From the NCBI GenBank assembly GCA_049511415.1, contig JBEKYC010000013.1, positions 9,176 to 73,175 on the forward strand: DNA of 64,000 bases. The letters run 5' to 3'. The DNA comes from Bryobacteraceae bacterium (GTDB lineage: Bacteria; Acidobacteriota; Terriglobia; Bryobacterales; Bryobacteraceae). The translations under genes and the position numbers were made by a program. The notes under the pieces were generated by a model that was not told the DNA's origin, did not search any database, and worked only from the letters and a program-made list of their open reading frames with translations. Below are positions 53,046 to 63,028 of the stretch, one piece after another; within the stretch, counting starts at the first letter, position 1; every line of letters begins with the position of its first letter.

Positions 53046-54392
53046 ATGTTCATAACCAGGAGGCATCTGTCCCGCCGCTCGGTTCTACGCGGCATCGGGG
53101 CGACTATCGGGCTTCCTCTGCTGGAAGCGATGGTGCCTGCGCAAACCCTCTTGCGCAAGACGGCGGCTGCTCCGCCCAGCCGGCTGGCGTGCATCGAAAT
53201 GGTGCATGGCGCCGCCGGCAGCACGGACGAAGGCGTTCGCAAACATTATTGGAGTCCGCACCAGGACGGCTCGAACTTCGAGTTCTCTTACTCGCTCGAA
53301 CCGCTGGCGCCGCTGCGCGAGTACGTGACCATTATCTCGGGTACGGACGCGCGGCAGGCGGAAGCCTTCGCGCCCATTGAGGCCGGCGGCGACCACTTCC
53401 GATCGAGTGCCGTCTTCCTGACAGCCGCGCATCCCAAACCAACGAACGGCCCAGACGTTTGCGCCGGCACCTCCATCGATCAACTCTACGCGCAGCGCAT
53501 CGGCCGGAATACGCCGCTGCCGTCCATCCAGCTTTGCGTGGAAAATATCGGGCTTAACGAATCGTGTGCCTGCGACTATAACTGCATCTACTCGGAAACC
53601 ATCAGTTGGGCCTCGCCGACCGCGCCGCTAACTATGACCGTGAACCCGCGGGTGGCCTTCGAACGCCTCTTCGGGACCGGTCCCAGCCCGGCGGGCGCCA
53701 GCATTCTCGATGCCGCGTTGCCGGCGGCTTCCCGCCTGCAGACCCGGTTGGGACCGCGCGACCGCGCCCGATTGCAGGAGCATCTCGATGAAATCCGCGC
53801 CATCGAACGGCGCATTGAAACCATCGAACGGCACAACGCCGGCCTGCGCGAACGGGAACTGCCCGCCGCCCCGCTGGGCGTTCCCGATTCCTGGGAACAG
53901 CACGTGAAACTCATGTTCGACCTGCAATTATTGGCGTTCGCCGCCGATATCACCCGCGTATCGGCTTTCAAACTCAGCCGCGACACCAGCAATCGCATAT
54001 TCCCGGAAAGCGGCGTGCGCTCGCCATTTCACTCGCTATCACATCACACGGAGACGCCCGAGCGAATCGCCGAATTTGCCAGACTCAATCGCTATCACGT
54101 CGCTACCACGGCGTACTTCCTGCGCAGACTCGAGGAGACCCCGGATGGCGACGGCAACCTGCTGGATCACTCCCTGGTGCTGTACGGCAGTGCCATGGGC
54201 GACTCCAATCTGCACGATCATCGGCGCGTTCCGCTGTTCCTGGCCGGGCACGCCAGCGGCGCATTGAAGGGCAACCTGCACCGCGTCTGCGCCGGCGGCA
54301 CGCCCCACGCCAACGCTTTGCTGGCCGTCATGCGCAAATTGGGTTTGGACGTCGACAGCATCGGCGACAGCACCGGAGAAATCGATGTTTAG
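53046..54392 (+). CDS. DUF1552 domain-containing protein, Tat signal
   Basis: ATG 53046 gives MFITRRHLSRRSVLRGIGATIGLPLLEAM. The length (448 aa) and 'HHTE', 'LYGSAMGDSNLHDH..P' fit DUF1552. Confidence 0.85.
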   Translation: MFITRRHLSRRSVLRGIGATIGLPLLEAMVPAQTLLRKTAAAPPSRLACIEMVHGAAGSTDEGVRKHYWSPHQDGSNFEFSYSLEPLAPLREYVTIISGTDARQAEAFAPIEAGGDHFRSSAVFLTAAHPKPTNGPDVCAGTSIDQLYAQRIGRNTPLPSIQLCVENIGLNESCACDYNCIYSETISWASPTAPLTMTVNPRVAFERLFGTGPSPAGASILDAALPAASRLQTRLGPRDRARLQEHLDEIRAIERRIETIERHNAGLRERELPAAPLGVPDSWEQHVKLMFDLQLLAFAADITRVSAFKLSRDTSNRIFPESGVRSPFHSLSHHTETPERIAEFARLNRYHVATTAYFLRRLEETPDGDGNLLDHSLVLYGSAMGDSNLHDHRRVPLFLAGHASGALKGNLHRVCAGGTPHANALLAVMRKLGLDVDSIGDSTGEIDV

Positions 54393-54438
54393 TTTAAGAA
54401 CAAAGCCGGCCATACATGGCCGGCGCGGAGGTCAGAGC

Positions 54439-56397
54439 ATGTTTCGACAAGCGTCTCTCGGGTTCGTTCTCCTCAGTGCTGCGTCCGCGATGGCGGCGCA
54501 AAACTTCCGGCTCGGCGTGGATTTCTCCCAGCCGATCGGCAACGGTTCGCATATTGCTACCAACGTGGCGGTCGCGACGGATGCGCAGGGCGGCATCTAC
54601 ACGCTGGCGAGCATTGGTTCTCCACCAACGTCACAAAGCTATCTGGTGAAATTGACCCCGGCAGGGGCTGTGGTTTACCAGACGACGCTGCCATTCTTCG
54701 CGCCATATATGGCGGTGGACGCGGCCGGAAATGTATATCTGGCGGCAGAGAATGCAAATACTTCCAACTTTTTCATCGAGAAGTTGGGAACAGACGGCGC
54801 AACGGTCCTTTATCAAACCCCGATTGGCGTGGTGTTGGGTCCAGCCGGTATCGCCGTTGATTCGAGCGGGCGTGTATATGTCACCGGCGTCCCGTCTCTG
54901 GGCATGCCGGCGACGCCCGGCGCCTATCAGTCAACCGCCACCAACTCCAATGCCTACAACGGAGCGGTAGTGCGACTCAAGGCGGATGGCTCCCTCGATT
55001 ACGCAACCTATTTAGGCGGCGGCGTGCCTGTCGGGATTGCGGTAGATAACTCCGGAGAGGCGTTCGTTACCGGGAATGATTACCTGGGAGGCTACCCGAC
55101 CACGCCCGGCGCTTACCTTCCGAGCGCTCCTTCGGGCGGTCCGTACCTCACACGCCTGAATTCCAGCGGCACGGGACTCGTTTATTCCACATATACCCCG
55201 GGCACCGCAGCCTGCTGTGTCGCGGTGGATTCCGCGGACAATGCGACGATAGCCGTCCGGGGTAACACTGCCGCGGATTTCCTGGTCACGCGCTTCAATG
55301 CCCAAGGCGCCGGGCTGATCTTCTCGCAAGATCTGCCTGGGTCGTCGCTGCCGGCCGCCGTGGGGCTGGACGGGGCGGGCAATAGCTACGTGGTGTTGTC
55401 CTCCGGTCTGACGAACGGCCTCATTGAGTCGCCGGTCGCCGCCAATTTCCAGGCGAAGAATAGTGTTACGCCATGCTCCGCCGGTATGAACTCCGCGCTC
55501 GCCGTGCTCGGTCCGAATGGTAATCTCTTGCAGGCAACCTATATCCCCTCCCCGGAAGGGTTCGCCGGGTACGTACCTGCGATGACCGTGAGCGCGAATT
55601 CAACGGTAGACGTGCTCGATGGGACGTTGGCAGCCGGTGCCGAGTCGCCGGTTCTCATCCAATTCTCCCCGAACCTGAGCGCCCCGCCCGTGCAACTCGC
55701 GTGTGTAGGCAATGCCGCCAGTTACGACAGCACGGCGATCTCCGGCGGTGAGTTGGTCAGCTTATTCGGACAGGGACTGGGACCGGCCACTGGCACGCAG
55801 CCGACGGTCAGCACGCAGACCGGATTTCCGTCCGAATTGGCTGGCGTCCAAGTGACCTTTAACGGGACGCCGGGACCGCTGTTATACGTGCAGGACGGCC
55901 AGATCAACGCCATCGCCCCGTGGTCGCTTACGGCCGGCCAGAACGTGGACGTTTGCGTCAGTTACAATGCTTCCCCCACAAACTGCATCACGCGGACTGC
56001 CGTGAATGCGCACCCCGGCGTTTTCATGTTCAACGGTTCTACGCTCGTAGTGAATCAGGATGGAAGCATCAACTCGGCGTCCCACACGGCGCCAACCGGA
56101 AGCGTTGTGACGTTTTACGCCACCGGGCTTGGGCCCATCACACCGGCCGAGCCCGATGGCGGCATCGTAGGGGATCCTTTGCCGGCCAATGTGCTGCCGG
56201 TGACCTTGACGTGGGAGTTGCAGGGCATGCCGATTCTCTGGCTGGGCCCAACCTCTGGTCCGGTCACTGTTCAGTATGCCGGTCCGGCTCCCTTCGAAGT
56301 GGCCGGTGTCAGCCAGATCAACTTCGTGATTGGCCAGTATACTTGGCCCATCTCGCTGGCTGTCGGGACGGGTCAATGCTGGATCTACGCATGGTAA
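54439..56397 (+). CDS. secreted SBBP beta-propeller repeat protein with C-terminal TIGR03437-like domain
   Basis: ATG 54439 after GGAGG. Repeats 'VD..GNVY(L/V)', 'VDSSGRVYVTG', 'VDNSGEAFVTG'. C-terminal 'VGNAASY...GELVSLFGQGLGP....AGVQVTFNG.PGPLLYVQDGQINAIAPW'. Confidence 0.75.
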   Translation: MFRQASLGFVLLSAASAMAAQNFRLGVDFSQPIGNGSHIATNVAVATDAQGGIYTLASIGSPPTSQSYLVKLTPAGAVVYQTTLPFFAPYMAVDAAGNVYLAAENANTSNFFIEKLGTDGATVLYQTPIGVVLGPAGIAVDSSGRVYVTGVPSLGMPATPGAYQSTATNSNAYNGAVVRLKADGSLDYATYLGGGVPVGIAVDNSGEAFVTGNDYLGGYPTTPGAYLPSAPSGGPYLTRLNSSGTGLVYSTYTPGTAACCVAVDSADNATIAVRGNTAADFLVTRFNAQGAGLIFSQDLPGSSLPAAVGLDGAGNSYVVLSSGLTNGLIESPVAANFQAKNSVTPCSAGMNSALAVLGPNGNLLQATYIPSPEGFAGYVPAMTVSANSTVDVLDGTLAAGAESPVLIQFSPNLSAPPVQLACVGNAASYDSTAISGGELVSLFGQGLGPATGTQPTVSTQTGFPSELAGVQVTFNGTPGPLLYVQDGQINAIAPWSLTAGQNVDVCVSYNASPTNCITRTAVNAHPGVFMFNGSTLVVNQDGSINSASHTAPTGSVVTFYATGLGPITPAEPDGGIVGDPLPANVLPVTLTWELQGMPILWLGPTSGPVTVQYAGPAPFEVAGVSQINFVIGQYTWPISLAVGTGQCWIYAW

Positions 56398-56442
56398 CTG
56401 ACTAATAAACAGGGCCCAGAGCGCGGTGGATCGCGGCCGGCT

Positions 56443-57612
56443 TTAGTGGCTGGTTTCGTACGGCACGGGGTGGGAACGCAGTAATTCGGAGACCCGTGGC
56501 CGCACGCTCTCCGCGTTCAGGGGCGCGGTAAGCAGAGCTTGCGATCCGATTATGTCGGCGGCGCGCAAGCTGCCGGTGCTCTCCTTTTCCGCCGTCGCTA
56601 CGATCTTAAGCAAGGGACGCAGCGCTTGCATCTCGCGCACAGCCGCCAGGCGCTCGGTTTCCGGCTCCGCCAAGCTGAAAATCGCCAGGTCGATCGGGTG
56701 CTCCCGCGTCTGCGTCAGCGCATCCCGTCTGCTGCGTGACGCGAGCACCGTGTAACCGGCCCCGGAAAGAATATCCATCAACCGGTTGCGCCGCGCCGCA
56801 TCGGGTTCCACCACAAGCACCATCTGCTCCCGTGATCGCACCGCCATCGTCGCGCTCGCTGGACTGCTGTTCTGGCCCACGGTCAGCACCAGGGGAACGG
56901 CGTCCCCTACGGGAGCATCGGTGGGTACTCGAATGTTCACCTGCATCATGCTCACCATGTTCGGCGCCGCCCCGGCGAAGACTACCTCGGCTGGAACTCC
57001 GCCCAGAGTCACTTTCACCGGCAACCGCGGCCGGGGAAGAGCGCCCAGAGTGACATAAGGGATCACCCGGCCATCGATACCCGCGGGCGACGTCTGGCCC
57101 TCGCCGGTGGCATACAGCGCCACAATCGAACCGCGCATCGCCGGATTGCGCGGCGAATTACAGCAACCCATTTCGTTCAACATCCCCGCTTGGCCCTTGC
57201 CGGAAGAGTTCAATGTGAACAGCGCCGGAGCGGTGCGCACGACGGGAAGCCTCACCGGCGGCGACCGCAGGCCCCGGTATTCCACAGCCACCTCCGTCGT
57301 TTCGCGCCCCGCCAGTTCGTAAGGCGCCACAACGCAAATCTGCCCGCGCGCCGCATAGGCCAGCGGCGCGGCGATCCCATCAAACCAGACGCGGGTGTCA
57401 TCCAGCACTGTGATCGCCTTTCCCTGACGGTCCAATTGCGCATGCGCCATAACCTCGGGCCCCGCGCCGGCGGCAAACAGCACCACCAGTTCGCCCGGGG
57501 CGACCGCCCCCGGCAAGAAACTCGCCGCATTCACAACCTGGGACGCGGATAGTTGCGGCGGCGCTATCGGTTGTGCCACCCCGGCATAAAACAACAGAGT
57601 AGTCAGCCACAT
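56443..57612 (-). CDS. fusion protein: N-terminal TIGR03437-like domain + C-terminal degenerate receiver (REC-like) domain
   Basis: 'VVNAASFLPGAVAPGELVVLF..', 'QVNIRVP' (aa 25-258). aa 264-378 read 'MVLVVEPDAARRNRLMDILSGAGYTVL..IDLAIFSL..KIVATA..LLTAPL' with Ser at the phospho-Asp position and Ala at the conserved Lys. GGAG lies 7 nt before the ATG. Confidence 0.7.
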   Translation of the reverse strand: MWLTTLLFYAGVAQPIAPPQLSASQVVNAASFLPGAVAPGELVVLFAAGAGPEVMAHAQLDRQGKAITVLDDTRVWFDGIAAPLAYAARGQICVVAPYELAGRETTEVAVEYRGLRSPPVRLPVVRTAPALFTLNSSGKGQAGMLNEMGCCNSPRNPAMRGSIVALYATGEGQTSPAGIDGRVIPYVTLGALPRPRLPVKVTLGGVPAEVVFAGAAPNMVSMMQVNIRVPTDAPVGDAVPLVLTVGQNSSPASATMAVRSREQMVLVVEPDAARRNRLMDILSGAGYTVLASRSRRDALTQTREHPIDLAIFSLAEPETERLAAVREMQALRPLLKIVATAEKESTGSLRAADIIGSQALLTAPLNAESVRPRVSELLRSHPVPYETSH

Positions 57613-57627
57613 CGCGATTCTCCAGGG

Positions 57628-57951
57628 TCAGGCGTTAGCGGGTTCCACAATGGCCGACATCGAACCGGCGCACCGCGCCAGACGCGGGTCGGGACCATAG
57701 GCGTGGATCTGATCGCGCGCAAATTCGGCCGGTTCGCGTTCACAAGTGAGTAGCACCGTGCGGCCGCACCGGTCCACTTCTTCGGCGTGCCGGAACGCCT
57801 GCTCCAGCGTAAAGATGAACAGACGCTGCAGCATTTCGATTACGTAGTCGTAACTGTGATCGTTGTCGTCGAGCAGGACGACCCGGTAAAGCGGGACGAG
57901 CGGCGCCCGCTCGATAATGCGGGTCTCCGGAGCGACCGTGGTCTTCGGCAT
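57628..57951 (-). CDS. clpS: ATP-dependent Clp protease adaptor ClpS
   Basis: 'LYRVVLLDDNDHSYDYVIEML..F......A......VD..G' is the canonical ClpS core. 107 aa. Confidence 0.9.
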   Translation of the reverse strand: MPKTTVAPETRIIERAPLVPLYRVVLLDDNDHSYDYVIEMLQRLFIFTLEQAFRHAEEVDRCGRTVLLTCEREPAEFARDQIHAYGPDPRLARCAGSMSAIVEPANA

Positions 57952-58002
57952 AGCCGGCTTACAGTTTAGTATGCCACGTGCGGGCGGCCGGGGAAAAGAG
58001 CT

Positions 58003-59343
58003 TCAGGTACGGGATAGTAGCAGGTCGCGCAAAGTGTGCACCAGGATATAGGCGTCCAGACCGCGCGAGAAATTCTTCAGATAATAAAAATCGTACTCGA
58101 CCCGGCGTAGCGTGTCTTCGGGCTGGTCGGCGGGCGTGTTAATCTGCGCCCAGCCCGTGATGCCCGGTTTCACCCGATAGCGCTGGCGGTAAAACGGGAT
58201 CTTCTCGGACAGAACCTTGGCGAACTCCGCGCGCTCGGCGCGCGGGCCGACGAAGCAAATCTCCCCGCGGAGGATGTTCCATAAGTGCGGCAGGGCGTCC
58301 AGACGCCAGCGTTCGACGAAGCGTTGCGCAGGATTCAAGTGCCGGCCGGTCCGCCGCGTCAGCCGGAGGCTATAGAGACCGAATGGCTTGCCGCCCAGCC
58401 CCAGACACTCCTGACGGCTAAGAAGCGGACCGCTCGCGGAAAGTCTGAGCACCAGGGCCGCCAGCAAAAGGAGAGGCGCGGAAAGCAGCGTCGCAATCAG
58501 CGCCAGCAGCCAGTGGGTCAGCGTCTGATAGACCTGGCGCTGCCCGCGCGGCTGAAAAGCACCCGAGAGCAGCAGTTGGGAGGGCCGCAATTCACTGAGA
58601 AGGACGCGACCGCATAACTGCTCGTGTGCCACCGTGGCTTCCTGTATGGTGTAGCCGCCGTAGCGCAACTGCAACAGGTCGGCTAGGGGCATCTGGCCCC
58701 GGCGCTCCATAAGACCCACCACGATTCGGTCCGGCTTTAACGCCGCGGCGATCTCTTGCAATTCGGCCAACCCGCCCAGTAGCTTACCCGCTTCCGGCGG
58801 CGCGGCGGTTGTGTCGTCCGCGGCGTAGCCGATCACCACCAGGCCCAAATCCGGATGTCCGGCGATGTGACGGGCCATTTCCTCGAGCACCGGACACATT
58901 CCGGCAAACAGAATGCGCTGTGGGCCGACCACCCGCAGCACGGCCAGTCCAAAAGCGATACGCCACGCGAACAGAATCAGGACGAGTGCCGCGCAGGCGG
59001 GCACCATCAGGCGGATGGGCAGCCGGAAGCCGTCATTGACATAACCGGCCAGCCCTTGCACCAGCAGCGCTATGCCCATCACCAGCGACAGTTGCTGGAT
59101 CAGCAGTACGCGCGACTTCACGTGGATATGAATATACAAATCTTCGAAATACAAGCCGCACAGAACGCTCGCGCCCGCCAGGCCCAGACGCCACAACCCG
59201 TTATCCGCGAGCAGGAATACCACCGGATCGACGCTCAGAATCAGAAATGTGACACCCAAAAATGCCGTGGCGATGAGCAGGACTTCCGACACAAACAGTG
59301 CCAGCGCACCTACGGGCAGAAAGACGCGTGACGATCGGTTCAT
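58003..59343 (-). CDS. polyprenyl-phosphate glycosyl-1-phosphate transferase (bacterial sugar transferase, WbaP/EpsB-like)
   Basis: N-terminal TM block + '[21 protein letters not shown]', '[11 protein letters not shown]', '[11 protein letters not shown]' (PF02397-type). Confidence 0.85.
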   Translation of the reverse strand: MNRSSRVFLPVGALALFVSEVLLIATAFLGVTFLILSVDPVVFLLADNGLWRLGLAGASVLCGLYFEDLYIHIHVKSRVLLIQQLSLVMGIALLVQGLAGYVNDGFRLPIRLMVPACAALVLILFAWRIAFGLAVLRVVGPQRILFAGMCPVLEEMARHIAGHPDLGLVVIGYAADDTTAAPPEAGKLLGGLAELQEIAAALKPDRIVVGLMERRGQMPLADLLQLRYGGYTIQEATVAHEQLCGRVLLSELRPSQLLLSGAFQPRGQRQVYQTLTHWLLALIATLLSAPLLLLAALVLRLSASGPLLSRQECLGLGGKPFGLYSLRLTRRTGRHLNPAQRFVERWRLDALPHLWNILRGEICFVGPRAERAEFAKVLSEKIPFYRQRYRVKPGITGWAQINTPADQPEDTLRRVEYDFYYLKNFSRGLDAYILVHTLRDLLLSRT

Positions 59344-59399
59344 GGGCCGGACACCGGAAGAGCCATCATTATAAACTGCATCGCGCGATAATTGAAGAG

Positions 59400-60560
59400 T
59401 TGGAAAAACCGGTCTATCTCGATCACCACGCCACTACGCCCCTCGACCCGCGCGTATTGGCGGCCATGCTGCCCTTTCTCACCGCCAAATTCGGCAATGC
59501 CGCCAGCCGCAATCACTCCTTCGGATGGGAAGCGGAGCGGGCAGTCGAAGAATCTCGCAAGCAGATCGCGCACTTGATCGGCGCGGACCCGCGCGAGATT
59601 GTCTTTACCAGCGGCGCCACCGAATCGGATAATCTCGCGATCAAGGGCGTCGCGGAGGCGCACACCGCCAAGGGCGATCACCTGATTACGAGCACTATCG
59701 AGCATAAAGGTGTCCTCGATTGTTTTCGCCGGCTGGAACAGCGCGGTTGGCGCGTGACCTGGTTGCCAGTTGGAACCGATGGCCTGGTGGACCCAAGCGC
59801 GGTGGCCGCTGCGATTGGCGAGCGGACGGTCCTGGTGTCCGTTATGTACGCCAACAACGAAGTGGGAACCATTCAACCGGTGGCCGAAATCGGCCGGATC
59901 TCCCGCGAGCGCGGCGTGCTATTTCATACCGATGCCGCGCAGGCTATCGGAAAAATCCCCGTCAGCGTGGAGGCGGATTCCGTCGACCTGCTTTCGATCT
60001 CCGCGCACAAGCTATATGGGCCCAAAGGGGTCGGCGCGTTGTACGTGCGGCGCAATCCGCCGGTGCGGTTGACCGCGCAGATGGATGGCGGCGGCCATGA
60101 GCGCGGCATGCGATCCGGCACGCTAAACGTCCCAGGCATCGTCGGCTTGGGTGCGGCGTGCGCGATCTGCGCGCGGGAGATGCCTGCGGAAAGTGCGCGC
60201 CTAACCGAGCTGCGGGATCTCTTACGGGCAAAACTGGAGGCGGGGCTGGCGGGAGTGCGCGTAAATGGTGCCATGCAACCCCGCCTGCCGCACAACCTGA
60301 ACATGAGTTTTGCGGGCGTGGAAGCCGAATCGCTCATGATGGGCCTCAGCGATGTGGCCTTATCGAGCGGCTCGGCATGTACATCCGCTACCATGGAACC
60401 TAGTTACGTATTGAAGGCCATGGGACTCGATGATGCGGCCGCCTACAGTTCCCTGCGGTTCGGGTTGGGCCGGTCAACCGCTGGGGAAGACATCCATTAC
60501 GCCGCGGCGCGCATCATAGAGGTAGTACACAAGTTGCGGGAACTTAAGGAGGCAGTGTGA
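59400..60560 (+). CDS. iscS: cysteine desulfurase, group I (IscS/NifS type)
   Basis: '[15 protein letters not shown]', '[10 protein letters not shown]', '[15 protein letters not shown]', 'SSGSACTS'. Start uncertain: TTG 59400 is chosen because the listed ATG 59298 overlaps the divergent gene and adds non-homologous residues. Confidence 0.85.
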   Translation: MEKPVYLDHHATTPLDPRVLAAMLPFLTAKFGNAASRNHSFGWEAERAVEESRKQIAHLIGADPREIVFTSGATESDNLAIKGVAEAHTAKGDHLITSTIEHKGVLDCFRRLEQRGWRVTWLPVGTDGLVDPSAVAAAIGERTVLVSVMYANNEVGTIQPVAEIGRISRERGVLFHTDAAQAIGKIPVSVEADSVDLLSISAHKLYGPKGVGALYVRRNPPVRLTAQMDGGGHERGMRSGTLNVPGIVGLGAACAICAREMPAESARLTELRDLLRAKLEAGLAGVRVNGAMQPRLPHNLNMSFAGVEAESLMMGLSDVALSSGSACTSATMEPSYVLKAMGLDDAAAYSSLRFGLGRSTAGEDIHYAAARIIEVVHKLRELKEAV

Positions 60561-60880
60561 TTCAGGTGACGGACAAAGCGGCGGTGCGGATTCGCCAGAT
60601 ACTTGATAAAGAAGGAGTTGTGGGTGGCCTCCGGCTCGCGGTGCAAGGCGGCGGTTGTTCCGGCTTCTCGTACGTCTTCAAGATCGAGACCCGCGAGCGC
60701 CCCAGCGACCATATTTTTCCGGCCGGCGATACCAAGGTCCTCATCGATCCGAAAAGCTTCGTCTATCTCGACGGCCTGACCTTGGATTATAAAGAGTCGA
60801 TCATGCAGTCCGGATTCGTGATCGATAACCCGAACGCCCAAAAAACCTGCAGTTGCGGCACGTCCTTCTCCGTGCAGTAA
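60557..60880 (+). CDS. iron-sulfur cluster assembly/insertion protein (HesB/IscA/ErpA family)
   Basis: 107 aa. '[15 protein letters not shown]', C-terminal 'CSCGTSF'. GTGA overlap with the desulfurase gene. Confidence 0.9.
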   Translation: MIQVTDKAAVRIRQILDKEGVVGGLRLAVQGGGCSGFSYVFKIETRERPSDHIFPAGDTKVLIDPKSFVYLDGLTLDYKESIMQSGFVIDNPNAQKTCSCGTSFSVQ

Positions 60881-60891
60881 GCCCGAAGAGC

Positions 60892-61563
60892 GTGGATCTC
60901 AATAGCGACATGGGCGAATTGCCCGACGCAGCTATCGAAGAAGCCCTGATGCCCTTCCTCACGTCCGCCAACGTGGCGTGCGGCGGCCATGCCGGCGATG
61001 AGACGACCATGCGGCGGACGGTGGACCTGGCCCGCCGCTATGGCGTGGCGGTCGGCGCGCATCCCGGATACCCCGATCGCGCGAACTTCGGACGCCTGGC
61101 GGTGTCCCTGTCCGCCAGCCAGATCGCCCAAACCGTGTACGAACAGATCTGCGCCCTGGCAGCTATTGCCGGCCAACTGGCCCACGTGAAACCGCACGGC
61201 GCCCTATACAACGTCGCGGCAAAGGAGGTGGAAGTGGCCTGGGCAATCGGCGAGGGTGTGGCGCGTTACGCACAAAACCTGACGCTGGTGGGACTGGCCG
61301 GATCACGGATGTTGCATATCTGGGAAGCCATGGGCTTCCGGACGTTAGCCGAAGGTTTTGCCGATCGCCGCTACGAGCCGGACGGCAGTTTGCGGCCGCG
61401 GAGATTCGCGGATGCCCTGATCACCAATCCCGCCGGCGCGGCCGCGCAGGCCCTGCGACTTATGCACGAAGGACGCGTGCAGACCATTTGCATCCACAGC
61501 GATACACCCGGATCCGCAGCCATTGCCGCCGCCGTCTCCGCGGCGTTGCGAAAACCAGCTTGA
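60892..61563 (+). CDS. pxpA: 5-oxoprolinase subunit A (LamB/YcsF family)
   Basis: GTG 60892 gives 'VDLNSDMGE', 'SANVACGGHAGD', 'GAHPGYPD', 'KPHGALYN'. No pxpB or pxpC adjacent. Confidence 0.8.
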   Translation: MDLNSDMGELPDAAIEEALMPFLTSANVACGGHAGDETTMRRTVDLARRYGVAVGAHPGYPDRANFGRLAVSLSASQIAQTVYEQICALAAIAGQLAHVKPHGALYNVAAKEVEVAWAIGEGVARYAQNLTLVGLAGSRMLHIWEAMGFRTLAEGFADRRYEPDGSLRPRRFADALITNPAGAAAQALRLMHEGRVQTICIHSDTPGSAAIAAAVSAALRKPA

Positions 61564-61575
61564 TTCCCTGCCCGC

Positions 61576-62229
61576 CTACTTGCTCGCGATCCGGAAATCG
61601 TCGAAATAGGTCACGCTGTCGGATTTAGTCCAAAGCCCGACTTTTCCCGGCTGGCGAAAGGTGGAGTCTAATACTTCGAAGAGGCGCTTATGGTTGAAGT
61701 ACACACTGAACAGCGGACCGCGAAACTGGACCTTCAACACGCTCCACTCATTAGCCGGCACGGGATGCTTGACTCCAAAACTCGTCGGCGGCGCGCCCCT
61801 GGAGGCTAGCGGAGTGCGCTTGCCATCCTCCACCTTGTAGAGCACGACGGTGTTCTCCAGTGCATTGGCGCGCACCAGATAGTAATTGCGCGCATCGCGA
61901 TAACGCCAAACTAAGCCACCGTCGCGGTTCGCTTTGCCGCCTACCGGTTTCACTTTGACGCTCAAATCGCCGTCTTTCACGTCGGATTTGTCGAAGATGG
62001 CCAACGGGCAGCGGCTAGCGCCCGCGTCATTGGATACCTGCGCAAATACGTAGGGGGGACTCGGCGCGCTGGGGTCTCTGACAATCTGCCACTTGGAAGG
62101 GGCGCCGGTATCCGGCACAACCGCAGTCCATCCCGGCGGAACCGCGCCAAGCTTGGCGGAATCGAAGTTGATTGTTTGTGTGGCTGTGCCCCATAGCGCA
62201 AAGGACAGCAACCAACCAATAGTCCTCAT
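61576..62229 (-). CDS. secreted concanavalin/LamG-like jelly-roll protein
   Basis: ATG 62229 gives signal MRTIGWLLSFALWGTA. 'GGLVWRYRDARNYYLVRANALENTVVLYKVEDGKR' and 'GKVGLWTKSDSVTYFDDFRI' are typical of LamG/DUF1080-like folds. Confidence 0.55.
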   Translation of the reverse strand: MRTIGWLLSFALWGTATQTINFDSAKLGAVPPGWTAVVPDTGAPSKWQIVRDPSAPSPPYVFAQVSNDAGASRCPLAIFDKSDVKDGDLSVKVKPVGGKANRDGGLVWRYRDARNYYLVRANALENTVVLYKVEDGKRTPLASRGAPPTSFGVKHPVPANEWSVLKVQFRGPLFSVYFNHKRLFEVLDSTFRQPGKVGLWTKSDSVTYFDDFRIASK

Positions 62230-62332
62230 ATCCCAGAACGCCAATCCCGTTCGACCTTGGCGTCGCCTACCTTGGTTGTAACACCCATAGCCTCCCCGCC
62301 ACAAGCCATTTGTGCATGTTACATTCGGAGCC

Positions 62333-63028
62333 GTGCGACTCCTGTTAATCGACGATGACACCGAACTCTGCTCCCTGCTGGCGGAGTTTCTCAAAGGCGA
62401 GGGCTTTGCGGTCGATTCCGCCCACGAGGGGCATCGCGGGCTGGATCGCGCCCTGCATGGCGGTTACAACCTGGTGATTCTGGATGTGATGCTGCCCGGA
62501 TTGGACGGTTTCGAGATCCTCCGCCGGCTGCGCAAGGAAAGCCGCTTGCCCGTGTTGATGCTGACCGCCCGCGGCGAGGATGTAGACCGCATCGTCGGCC
62601 TCGAACTGGGGGCCGACGACTATCTCCCCAAACCGTTCAATCCCCGCGAATTGGCGGCCCGCGTGCGTGCCATTCTGCGGCGCTACGAGCCCCCCGAGGC
62701 TCCGGGGATACATGTGGAAGTCAATGGCGTAGCGCTCGATCCCGGCACACGCCAGGTCAGCGTCGACGGCCAGCCCGTGGACCTTACCACCTTTGAGTTC
62801 GACATCCTGGAGGCCCTGATGCGCGGGGCCGGCCGCGTGCTCTCCCGCGACGACCTGATGGAGAGCCTCTACAGCCGTAAAGCCACGCCTTTCGATCGCT
62901 CCATCGATATGCACATCAGCCACATCCGCCGCAAGCTGGAAACGCACCGCCCGCTCATCAAGACCATTCGCAGCATTGGCTATCAGTTCATGCGCGGCCC
63001 GCAGGATCAGGATGAGGTGCCGGAATGA
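62333..63028 (+). CDS. OmpR-family response regulator (CpxR-like)
   Basis: GTG 62333 after GGAG. 'RLLLIDDD', 'LVILDVMLPGLDG', 'LMLTARGE', 'DDYLPKPF', winged-helix 'LT..EFD.L..L......VLSRD.L'. Confidence 0.92.
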   Translation: MRLLLIDDDTELCSLLAEFLKGEGFAVDSAHEGHRGLDRALHGGYNLVILDVMLPGLDGFEILRRLRKESRLPVLMLTARGEDVDRIVGLELGADDYLPKPFNPRELAARVRAILRRYEPPEAPGIHVEVNGVALDPGTRQVSVDGQPVDLTTFEFDILEALMRGAGRVLSRDDLMESLYSRKATPFDRSIDMHISHIRRKLETHRPLIKTIRSIGYQFMRGPQDQDEVPE

